This document shows positions 1 to 8,613 of a stretch of 64,000 nt of DNA, piece by piece (the first letter of the stretch is position 1; each line of letters begins with the position of its first letter). Source of the stretch: an uncultured Alphaproteobacteria bacterium (GTDB taxonomy: Bacteria > Pseudomonadota > Alphaproteobacteria > Rhizobiales > Xanthobacteraceae); assembly GCA_963760235.1 (NCBI GenBank), contig CAVXCG010000003.1:267879-331878 (forward strand), written 5' to 3'. A program made the position numbers and the translations under genes. The notes beneath the pieces are model-generated. The model saw only the letters and a list, made by a program, of their open reading frames with translations, was not told the origin of the DNA and made no database searches.

Positions 1-1468
1 CGACCAGGCGCGCCACGTCCGCCTCGTCAAGCTCGACGATTTCGGGAATGAGCAGCATCTGCCGGGCGACGCCGCTCTTTTCCAGCGCCGCCTTGAGCTT
101 CTCGTAGACGATGCGCTCGTGCGCGGCGTGCTGGTCGACGATGACGAGGCCGTCGCGGGTTTGCGCGATGAGATAGGTGTCGTGCAACTGCACGCGCGCT
201 GCCCCGAGCGGATAATCGAGCGTGTCGGCGCCGGCGGCGTCGGGCGCGGCGGTGGCCTCGTCCGCCGCGCCGATATCGGCTGCCGGCATTCCGCTATCGA
301 ACGCAGCCTGCGCCGGTTCGCCGAAGCCGCCAAGATTGCCACCGCGCAGCGGCGGCGCGGCAGGAAAATCGGAGGCTGGGCGCGCGGGCGATTGCCGCCA
401 ATCCCATCGCCGCCGTTGCGCCGGCCGAAAGGCCGTGATCGTCGCCGCTCCGACCGTGCTGGCCGAGCGGCTGGCTTCCCGGCCCAGCGCCGTTTTCAGC
501 GCGTGCACGATGAGCGCGCGCACCAGGCCGGCATTGCGGAAGCGCACCTCGGCCTTGGCCGGATGCACGTTCACATCGACCTCGGGGGCAGGCAGCGTCA
601 CGAACAGCGCCAAAAGCGGATGGCGGTCGCGCGGCAGATAGTCGGCATAGGCCGCGCGCACCGCGCCGAGGAGAAGCTTGTCGCGCACGGGCCGGCCGTT
701 GACGAACAGATATTGGCCGAGCGCATTGCCGCGCGTCATCGTCGGCAATGCCGCATATCCATCGACGGTGATGCCTTCGCGTTCGGCGCCGATCTCCACC
801 GCGTTGGCGCGGAAATCGCCGCCGAGCACGTCGCCAAGCCGCGCCAGCCGGCCGGCGGCGCCAGGCAATGCAGCCGGAAACGTCACCGGCGCGCGCTCCT
901 CGCCGGCAAGCGTGAACGCCACGTCCGGCCGGCTCATGGCGAGCCTGCGCACCACTTCACGCACCGCCTCGGCCTCGGTGCGATCGAGCTTGAGAAACTT
1001 CAGCCGCGCCGGGGTGGCGTAAAACAGGTCTCGGACCTCAACACGCGTGCCTTCTCCAAGCGCCGCGGGCTTGACCGCCGACTTGGCGCCGCCATCGACG
1101 GCGATCGCCCAGCCGTGCGGCTCGCTGGCGTGGCGGGCCGCGATCGAGAGCCGCGCCACCGCGCCTATCGAGGGCAGCGCCTCGCCGCGGAAGCCGAGCG
1201 TACGGATCGATACCAGATCGCCGTCGGCAAGCTTGGAAGTCGCATGGCGCTCGACGGCGAGAGCAAGGTCTGCGCTCGTCATTCCCTCGCCGTCGTCGGT
1301 CACACAGATCAGCCGCCGCCCGCCGCCGTCGGTGAGCACATCGATGCGGTGGGCGCGCGCATCGAGCGCGTTTTCCACCAGTTCCTTGACCACGCTCGCC
1401 GGGCGCTCGACCACTTCGCCGGCGGCAATGCGGCTGACGATGGTCTCGGGCAGTTGGCGGACCGGCAT
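1..1468 (-). CDS. mutL: DNA mismatch repair protein MutL, partial (C-terminal end lies left of the window)
   Basis: Reverse translation from ATG 1468-1466 gives MPVRQLPETIVSRIAAGEVVERPASVVKELVENALDA, a GHKL ATPase N-terminus. Near position 1 it reads DQHAAHERIVYEKL. The phase stays open to the window edge, so it is absent from the ORF track. Confidence 0.9.
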   Translation of the reverse strand, partial: MPVRQLPETIVSRIAAGEVVERPASVVKELVENALDARAHRIDVLTDGGGRRLICVTDDGEGMTSADLALAVERHATSKLADGDLVSIRTLGFRGEALPSIGAVARLSIAARHASEPHGWAIAVDGGAKSAVKPAALGEGTRVEVRDLFYATPARLKFLKLDRTEAEAVREVVRRLAMSRPDVAFTLAGEERAPVTFPAALPGAAGRLARLGDVLGGDFRANAVEIGAEREGITVDGYAALPTMTRGNALGQYLFVNGRPVRDKLLLGAVRAAYADYLPRDRHPLLALFVTLPAPEVDVNVHPAKAEVRFRNAGLVRALIVHALKTALGREASRSASTVGAATITAFRPAQRRRWDWRQSPARPASDFPAAPPLRGGNLGGFGEPAQAAFDSGMPAADIGAADEATAAPDAAGADTLDYPLGAARVQLHDTYLIAQTRDGLVIVDQHAAHERIVYEKLKAALEKSGVARQMLLIPEIVELDEADVARLV

Positions 1469-1522
1469 TGAGCGACTCGCTTGAGCGGAACCGTAGCCCG
1501 GATCGGGCGCGAGCGAAATTGG

Positions 1523-2381
1523 CTACGAACCCGGCAAGTAGCCGAAGCGCTGCATCTGCTCGCTGTGATCGCGCACGACGCGATCGATCTGGTCCGGCGT
1601 CAGCATGTCCTTCCACTGGCCCGACCGGCCCTCGCGGAAGAAATTGTCGCTGGCATGCGCTGGGCGCTCGCGAAAACCCTTCTCTTTTTCCTGCGCCTGG
1701 AGCCGCGCAAAGGAGGAGTGATCGATCGCCTTCTTCAGTTGCCGGCGGGTCGGGTCGAGACGCAGATGCCGCGCCAGATTGCCAAACGACTTTTCCGGAT
1801 CGGCCAGCATGTCTTCGTAGCGCATCACATGCAGGGCGCGTTGCGGATTGCGGGTCCAACTCCACACGTGCTGGCTCCACGACCCGATCACCTCGTACAC
1901 CGCACCTTCCTGGCCAATCGATTCACTATCAGTCTTGGCCATGTGAGCAATGGTGAAGTCAATCGATTCGCCCGAGGTGAGAGGAGGAGGAAATCACGAC
2001 GTCGAGCGGATTGCGCACGACGTAGATGACGCCGGCGGTGACGGCAAAATTGATTGTGGAATAGCCGCGATCCATGACCAGGCAGTTGTGGGTCTTGATG
2101 AAAACGAGACCTTGAGCGGAATCGGCGATCTCCTGATGGACCGCGCCTCGCGTCGCGGCGATCTCCTTTCGATGGATGGCGTTGTCGGGCTCAAAACCCA
2201 GGATGCGCGCGTAGCGTGTTCTCTCCAGGTCCCAGGTGGAGAAACGCGCCATGTCGTTGATATCCTGCTCGCCGGCCTCACCATTCATGAGCCTTGTGAG
2301 ATTGTGCAGAAAGGCGCGCGTCCAGGTATTCCCCGACTTGGGGTAAGAGGCGATCCAAACTATCCCTGATTTGTCCCCCAC
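1523..2381 (-). pseudogene. Sulfotransferase-family protein, split into two phases as sequenced
   Basis: ORF 1959..2381 starts MGDKSGIVWIASYPKSGNTW, a PAPS-binding P-loop-like motif. ORF 1523..1942 carries the C-terminal half (RYEDMLADP, FFREGRSGQWKDMLT). The phases differ by one base, with the junction between about 1962 and 1992 beside a TCC-repeat (SSSS) stretch. Confidence 0.7.
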
Positions 2382-2572
2382 GGTTCAGCGCTCTGGTTGC
2401 ATAGCCCGGGCCGCTCTGTGCGGCATCCCGTCCCATAACCTGTTGCAGCGGGGCAACATAGCGGAAAATACCGCACGATCTGGGCCGCTTTCCCCAGCGC
2501 TGGCCCCCGGAAGAGCTATGCAAAGGGGCGTTTTCAGGTAAGGCTTCGGCGTTCATTTTGTCGGGCGACAAC

Positions 2573-3601
2573 ATGCCTCCTATCGAGCAATCACTGCGCG
2601 GCTCATTGCTCACGGGTGCGTCGGCTTTGGCGCTCTCGATGGTCGGCCATAACGCCGAAGCGCAAGTTCCGCCTTCACCTCCCCCACCCCCGCAATGGAT
2701 CGTGTGGGTGGAGGGCTCTTTATTCCAGACCGGCGGGGGCGGCATGAACGTGCCCTCGCTCCCCGGCTTGACGGCGCCGTTTTCGACCGTCGGACCGACG
2801 GGCGGGTTGGAAGGCGCTGCCGGGTTCGATTTCAATTATACCGGTCCGTTTCATGTGATCTTCGATTTCCGCTACGGGAAAAGCCGGACTGCTTCGACCT
2901 CCACCCAGTCGCATTCATCGTCCAGCACGACTTTCACATCTCATCCGTCCACTTTCCGGACGTTCTTCTCAAGCACGACGACCAACTCCAGCAGTTCGCA
3001 GACGGACTGGGAGCACGAAAGCCATTTCGTCGCCGATCTGATGATTGGGCGCGACTTTGGGCTGGGCGCCACCGCGGGCGAGATCGAGCTGGGTCTGCGA
3101 ATCGCCGATCTGACCGCGACGGCCTGGGCGCGGCAATCCGGACAAACCACAACGACCTTCTTTTCTTCTTCTTCCTACCACGGCTCAAGCGATCCGACCT
3201 CCTCATCGTCGCAAACCGCGACTGGCACCTGGAGGAGCCAATTCTTCGGCGGCGGTCCACGTGCGGCTGTGACGGGCACTGTGCCGCTGTCGTGGCCCGC
3301 CTGGTCGGTCGATTATGAAGCGGGCATCGCCGGCCTGGTCGGCACGCGGTCATTCGACTACTCGATAGCGCTTTCGCCCGGCGGTACGATTTCAGGCGGC
3401 ACCAACTCGACCGTTTTTGTGTTCAACACCGACGGCTGGGCCGGGCTGTCCTATGCCCTGACACCCGTGGTCAAGATCACGGGCGGCATTCGCGCCGATT
3501 ACTATACGGATGCGTTGACCACTTACAATTCGTCAGGCGCCCTCACCAACGTCGATCGCCTTTACTGGGGACCGTTTCTGAGATTGACCGGGGCGTTCTG
3601 A
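2573..3601 (+). CDS. Putative outer-membrane beta-barrel protein with Ser/Thr-rich inserts
   Basis: ATG at 2573 (TTG 2558 is also possible). It has a signal-like LLTGASALALSMVGHNAEAQ, a PPSPPPPP linker and a C-terminal ...FLRLTGAF with terminal Phe. There are two S/T low-complexity blocks (STSTQSHSSSSTTFTSHPS..., TTTTFFSSSSYHGSSDPTSSSSQT). Confidence 0.55.
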   Translation: MPPIEQSLRGSLLTGASALALSMVGHNAEAQVPPSPPPPPQWIVWVEGSLFQTGGGGMNVPSLPGLTAPFSTVGPTGGLEGAAGFDFNYTGPFHVIFDFRYGKSRTASTSTQSHSSSSTTFTSHPSTFRTFFSSTTTNSSSSQTDWEHESHFVADLMIGRDFGLGATAGEIELGLRIADLTATAWARQSGQTTTTFFSSSSYHGSSDPTSSSSQTATGTWRSQFFGGGPRAAVTGTVPLSWPAWSVDYEAGIAGLVGTRSFDYSIALSPGGTISGGTNSTVFVFNTDGWAGLSYALTPVVKITGGIRADYYTDALTTYNSSGALTNVDRLYWGPFLRLTGAF

Positions 3602-3646
3602 AAACGCAGTCTGCGCGCCAGTCGCCGCACGACACCGATCCTGGTC

Positions 3647-5101
3647 ATGAATGTCGTCGAGCCAATCCTGTTCCAGGCGAAGTTTCAGCCGGAAGCGCCG
3701 GCGCTTTGCGCGCAGGGCCGCGGTGTCGTCAGCTACGCTAAGCTTGCCGCGCAGATGAACAGCGTCGCTCGCCGGGCGCAGGCGGAGGGCCTCAAGCGCG
3801 GCGACATCGCGGCATTGTCGATCGACGACCAAATGCTTCACTCGGCGGTGATTCTCGGCCTCACGCAGGCCGGGATCATTCCCGTTTCGGTGGCGATGCA
3901 AAAAACGCCGGCCGGATTGAAAATCGACGCAGTGATTGCCAATACCAACTATCCGTTCGGTACCGAGGCACGGCATCTCACCGCGGACGCGACCTGGATC
4001 TCAGGCGACCAAGCGCCGCTGCCAACAGAACCGAACGGCCGCGCGGCCGGCGACGAGATTTGCCGAATCGTGCTCACATCCGGGACCACCGGCGGCCCCA
4101 AAGCCGTCGCCCTGACGCATAATTTCGTGTTGGGCAGTTCGAGCCGATACGAACAGATGCTGGGCGGCCGGTTCGCCGGCTATTCGCGCCTCTATATGAA
4201 CATTGGTCTTGGTTCCGCGCCTGGATATCGGTTTCTGATTTATATTCTGGGGCGCGGCGGCACGGCGTTCTTCCATGGCGAAAGCGTCGAGCATACGCTG
4301 CGCGCGTTTGAAATATTTCAAATTCAGGCGATACGATCGTCACCGGCTATGCTCGCGCAGCTGCTCGCACGCTGCGACCAGTTTCCCTCGATTGACGTTC
4401 ATGTCGAAACCATTATTGCGGGAGGCAGCCTTCTTCCTCAAGCGCTGTTCGAGCGTGCGGCACCGCGGTTGTGCTCGCATCTTTTGACGCTCTATGGAGC
4501 GACAGAAACCAACTTCGTCGCAACCGCGCCGGTCCGTCGAATTGCCCATATCCCCGGAGCCGCAGGTTATGTGACCCCAGGAGCTCGAATCGAGATCGTT
4601 GACGAGAACGATGACCCTCTTCCCGTCGGTACTGAGGGAATCGTACGGCTGCGCAGCGAGTTCGGCGTCGACCGCTACATTGACGATCCGGTCAAATCGG
4701 CGAAAGTGTTCCGCGACGGCTGGTTCTATCCGGGAGACCTGGGATCGCTTACGGCCGACAATCTCCTGATCATCTCGGGTCGCGCGCATGACATCTTGAA
4801 CGTCGGCGGCGCAAAGCTCGCCGCTGAAAAACTCGAAGCCATACTAACGTCGTTCCAGGGCATCACTGAGGTCGCGGCTTTTGTCGCCACCAGCCCGCGC
4901 GGCGTCGATGAAGTCTGGGCCGCAATCGTGTGCCGGGAAAAGGTCGATCCCGAATCTGTGCGGGCGTATTGCCGAGGCAAAATCGCGAGCCAGTTCGTGC
5001 CGGCTCAAGTTGTCAAATTCGACGCGCTGCCCATCACCGCAACGGGAAAGGTCGACCGGCAGCAGCTGAAGCAAACTCTCATGGCCACCGCGCGTTCTTG
5101 A
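3647..5101 (+). CDS. AMP-dependent synthetase/ligase (class I adenylate-forming enzyme)
   Basis: 484 aa. Motifs present: LTSGTTGGPKAV, YGATE, GWFYPGDLG, and the C-terminal catalytic Lys motif TGKVDR. Confidence 0.85.
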   Translation: MNVVEPILFQAKFQPEAPALCAQGRGVVSYAKLAAQMNSVARRAQAEGLKRGDIAALSIDDQMLHSAVILGLTQAGIIPVSVAMQKTPAGLKIDAVIANTNYPFGTEARHLTADATWISGDQAPLPTEPNGRAAGDEICRIVLTSGTTGGPKAVALTHNFVLGSSSRYEQMLGGRFAGYSRLYMNIGLGSAPGYRFLIYILGRGGTAFFHGESVEHTLRAFEIFQIQAIRSSPAMLAQLLARCDQFPSIDVHVETIIAGGSLLPQALFERAAPRLCSHLLTLYGATETNFVATAPVRRIAHIPGAAGYVTPGARIEIVDENDDPLPVGTEGIVRLRSEFGVDRYIDDPVKSAKVFRDGWFYPGDLGSLTADNLLIISGRAHDILNVGGAKLAAEKLEAILTSFQGITEVAAFVATSPRGVDEVWAAIVCREKVDPESVRAYCRGKIASQFVPAQVVKFDALPITATGKVDRQQLKQTLMATARS

Positions 5102-5185
5102 TAAGCTCGGCGGTGCAAATCGCCTGCGATTGGCAAGTTTAAGGACGCAATCTCGGCATAGAATCCTGCTTTTTAGCCACCGAAC

Positions 5186-6637
5186 ATGAACATCGTCGAG
5201 CCGATCCTATTCCATGCAAAAAATCGGCCGGAGGCGCCAGCGCTCTGCACTCCGGGCGACGATGTCATCACCTATGCGAGGCTGGCCGCGCGGATGAACA
5301 ACGTCGCCCGGCGCGCGATTGCCGCCGGCCTCAAGCGCGGCAACGTCGTCGCCCTGTCGATCCCCGACCAGCTCACTCATTCGGTGGTCATTCTCGGCCT
5401 CACGCAGATGGGGATCATCCCGATATCGGTCGGAATGCGGCGGCCGCCTGCCGGATTGAGGATCGATGCCGTACTCGGCACCACCCATTATCCATTCGCC
5501 CCTCAGGCCCTGCACCTGCCGCTCGATTTCAGCTGGATCATGGGCGACGGCAGACCGGTTGAAGCATCGAGCGATTCCGCGTCGGAGGACGACGAGATCT
5601 GTCGCATCATGCTGACCACCGGCACCACCGGAGAGCCGAAAGCCGTTGCGCTCACGCATAAATTGGGGCTGGCAAGGAACGCGCGATTCCAATTTCTGCA
5701 GGGAAGCCACCTGCCGACATGCTCGCGCATCTTCATGAACGTCGGAGTGGCCACTGCGGTCGGCTATTATTTTCTGACCTACATGCTCGCCCGCGGCGGC
5801 ACTCTGTTCTTTCGCGGCGACCACATCGAAAACACGCTGCGCTCGATCGGCACCCTGCGCGTCCAAGGAATGATTACCTGGACGGGCAACCTTCCCCATC
5901 TGCTCGAAATCTGCGATCGCGATCCCTCATGCGCGTTCCATCTTGATGCCATCTTTTGCGGCGGCAGCGTGCTGTCGCAGGCGATGTACGATCGGGTACG
6001 ACCGCGGCTGTGTTCGCACCTGCTCTGCCGCTACGGCGCGACCGAGACCGGCACCACCGCTGCGGCACCGGCGCAACGCATCGCCCACATACCCGGCGCC
6101 GTCGGTTACGTCGTGGCCGGTGCCACGGTCGAGATCGTCGATGAACTGGACCGCTGCCTGCCGATCGGCAGCGAAGGGATCGTCCGCATCGCCAACGAAG
6201 TCGCGGTCGACTGCTATCTCGACGACGCGGCTGCATCGGCACAGTACTTTCGTAACGGCTGGTTCTACCCGGGCGACCTCGGTTCGCTGACGAAGGACAA
6301 TCTGCTGATCATCTCCGGTCGCGTGAACAGCGTCTTGAACCTCGGCGGGGCCAAGATGGAAGCGGAAAAGCTCGAGGCCGTCCTCACCTCATTCCGGGGC
6401 CTGACCCAAGCCGCAATCGTCTTGGTCAAGACCGAAAGCGGGGCAGATGAAATCTGGGCCGCTGTCGTGCGCAGCGAGACGCTCGACGCCGAGAGCCTGC
6501 TCGCGCACTGCCGGCAGCGCATGCCTCCGGCATTTGTGCCGAAAAGGGTCGTCGCGCTCGGCGAACTGCCGCTCAACGCCACGGGCAAGCTCGACCGCGC
6601 ACGGTTGGCGCAGATCCTCGGCGCCGGCCGAACCTGA
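5186..6637 (+). CDS. AMP-dependent synthetase/ligase, tandem paralogue of 3647..5101
   Basis: 483 aa and collinear with the upstream gene. It shares the N-terminus MN[VI]VEPILF and the motifs MLTTGTTGEPKAV, YGATE, GWFYPGDLG and TGKLDR. Confidence 0.85.
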   Translation: MNIVEPILFHAKNRPEAPALCTPGDDVITYARLAARMNNVARRAIAAGLKRGNVVALSIPDQLTHSVVILGLTQMGIIPISVGMRRPPAGLRIDAVLGTTHYPFAPQALHLPLDFSWIMGDGRPVEASSDSASEDDEICRIMLTTGTTGEPKAVALTHKLGLARNARFQFLQGSHLPTCSRIFMNVGVATAVGYYFLTYMLARGGTLFFRGDHIENTLRSIGTLRVQGMITWTGNLPHLLEICDRDPSCAFHLDAIFCGGSVLSQAMYDRVRPRLCSHLLCRYGATETGTTAAAPAQRIAHIPGAVGYVVAGATVEIVDELDRCLPIGSEGIVRIANEVAVDCYLDDAAASAQYFRNGWFYPGDLGSLTKDNLLIISGRVNSVLNLGGAKMEAEKLEAVLTSFRGLTQAAIVLVKTESGADEIWAAVVRSETLDAESLLAHCRQRMPPAFVPKRVVALGELPLNATGKLDRARLAQILGAGRT

Positions 6638-6645
6638 TCCGCCGG

Positions 6646-7068
6646 TCAATCGAACGACGGCTTTGCCCGCCGCAGGTCTTTGACGCTGCCGCGCCGCTTC
6701 TTGCCCTCGATGCGACGCTCACGCGAAGCGACGGTGGGTTTGGTTGGGCGGCGCGGCACCGGCGGGACCGCGGCGCGGCGGATCAGCGCAACGAGACGCT
6801 CGATGGCATCCGCCCGGTTGCGCCCTTGCGTGCGGTAACGCTGTGCGGCGATGACCAGTACGCCCTCGCGCGTGAGCCGCGCGCCGGCGAGGCGTTCGAG
6901 CCGGGCGCGCACGTCCGGCGGCAGCGACGGCGATCGGCGCACGTCGAAGCGCAACTGTACTGCCGTTGCCAGCTTGTTGACATTCTGTCCGCCCGGCCCC
7001 GAAGAGCGCACGAAGCTTTCGGTGACCTCGCGCTCGTCAATGGCGATCTTGCCGGTCACGCGGATCAT
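6646..7068 (-). CDS. arfB: Alternative ribosome-rescue factor ArfB (peptidyl-tRNA hydrolase, YaeJ family)
   Basis: 140 aa. It has the GGQ motif SSGPGGQNVNK followed by a basic C-terminal tail (RRPTKPT...KKRRGSVKDLRR). Confidence 0.85.
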   Translation of the reverse strand: MIRVTGKIAIDEREVTESFVRSSGPGGQNVNKLATAVQLRFDVRRSPSLPPDVRARLERLAGARLTREGVLVIAAQRYRTQGRNRADAIERLVALIRRAAVPPVPRRPTKPTVASRERRIEGKKRRGSVKDLRRAKPSFD

Positions 7069-7158
7069 GGCGCTTTCCCGTCGCCCTCCGCCCGTCGCGG
7101 CGGAGCCGGCAATCGCCGCTCGCCGGCTTGGCGCGGACGCCGACCGCTCGTGCCGCGA

Positions 7159-8613
7159 TCAGCGCAACTCGCCCGACACACCAGCGGCGCCGCCCACCGG
7201 CGCCAGCGGGGGACCGGGAGCGTGCGCCCCACCCGGCCCACCGGCTGCCGACGCAAGACCCGCCGGCCGGCCGACCACGGTGATCAGCAGTCCGCCGCCG
7301 AACAACCGCTTGGCCACGCGCTTTGCGTCGTCCAGCGTCACCGACGAAATCATCGCCTGCCGCTTGTCGATGTAATCGATGCCGAGATGATCGAGCTGCA
7401 GCTGCAGGAGAAGCGAAGCGACTTTGGCCGAGGTGTCGAGGTTGAGCACGAAGGCGCTGTCCAGATAGGACTTGGCCTTGGCGAGTTCGTCGGCGGTCGG
7501 GCCGTTCTCGGCCAGACGGCCGATTTCCTGCTTAATCAGGCCGATGGTTTCGTCGACGCTGCCGGGCTGCGTCGCCGTGGAGCCGAAGAACAGCGTCGTA
7601 TGGTCGTACCAGAGCAGGCTATCGTAGATCGAATAGACGAGGCCGCGCTGCTGGCGCACTTCGTGATAAAGCCGGGAGGAAAACGTGCCGCCGCCGAGGA
7701 TGTCGTTGTCGATATAGGCGGCGTAGAAATCCGGATCGTTGCGGGCAATGCCGGCGCCGCCGAAATTGATCACCGTTTGCGGCACGTCAAGCTCGATGTT
7801 GACGCGGCGGCCAAGGCCCTGCGGGACGGCGTGCGGCACCGGCGTCAATTGCGCCTTTGCCGGCAGGCCGCCGAACACCCGGTCGAGCATGGCCCTGGCG
7901 CTCTCGACGTCGATGTCGCCGACGATGGCGACCGTGAGGTTGTCGCGCGCCAGCACGCGATGCTGGTAAGCGCGCAGATCGTCGATGGTGATGCCGGGCA
8001 CCGAGGCAAGCGTGCCGCCGACCGGACGGCCATAAGCGTGGCCGGGGAAAGCGGTCTCCCACCAGCGCAGCGCCGAGAGATCGGTCGGGCTTTTTTGCTG
8101 CCGCCGCAGCGAGGACAGAATCTGCGCTCGGTTGAGCTCGACATCCGCCGGGTCGAAGCGCGGCTCGCTGAGCGCCAAGCGCAGATCGTCGAAGGCCTCC
8201 CCGCTGTTCTCGGCAAGCGTGCGCAGCGTGCCGCGGATATGGTCGCGGCCGGCGCGGATACGCAACTCGACGGCCTTGCGGTCGAGCCGGTCGGCGAACG
8301 CGTTGGCGTCGTACGTCCCGGCGCCTTCATCGAGCAGCGAAGCCATCAGATTGGCGGTGCCGGCCTTGTCCGGCGTGTCCTGCGCGGCGCCGCCGGTGAA
8401 GGCGAATTCGACGGTGATCAGCGGCACGCTGGTCTCACGCACGAGCCAGGCCTGGATGCCCCCAGGACTGACGATGCGCTGGATGTCGGTCGCCGACGCC
8501 GGCGCTGCCGACAAGGCAAGCAGCACGGCCGCCGCGGCGGCACACCGGGCGCTGTTCGCGGTTTGTCGCGGCGGCCGAGGGAGCAGGGACAGAGCGGAAG
8601 TCAATGCATTCAC
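7159..8613 (-). CDS. M16-family (pitrilysin-like) peptidase subunit lacking the zinc motif
   Basis: M16-like sequence with no HxxEH; the equivalent region reads ANLMASLLDEG. Signal-like AAAAAVLLALSAAPASA. I prefer GTG 8613, which overlaps the upstream stop (GTGA); the ORF-track start is 8682. Confidence 0.75.
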   Translation of the reverse strand: MNALTSALSLLPRPPRQTANSARCAAAAAVLLALSAAPASATDIQRIVSPGGIQAWLVRETSVPLITVEFAFTGGAAQDTPDKAGTANLMASLLDEGAGTYDANAFADRLDRKAVELRIRAGRDHIRGTLRTLAENSGEAFDDLRLALSEPRFDPADVELNRAQILSSLRRQQKSPTDLSALRWWETAFPGHAYGRPVGGTLASVPGITIDDLRAYQHRVLARDNLTVAIVGDIDVESARAMLDRVFGGLPAKAQLTPVPHAVPQGLGRRVNIELDVPQTVINFGGAGIARNDPDFYAAYIDNDILGGGTFSSRLYHEVRQQRGLVYSIYDSLLWYDHTTLFFGSTATQPGSVDETIGLIKQEIGRLAENGPTADELAKAKSYLDSAFVLNLDTSAKVASLLLQLQLDHLGIDYIDKRQAMISSVTLDDAKRVAKRLFGGGLLITVVGRPAGLASAAGGPGGAHAPGPPLAPVGGAAGVSGELR

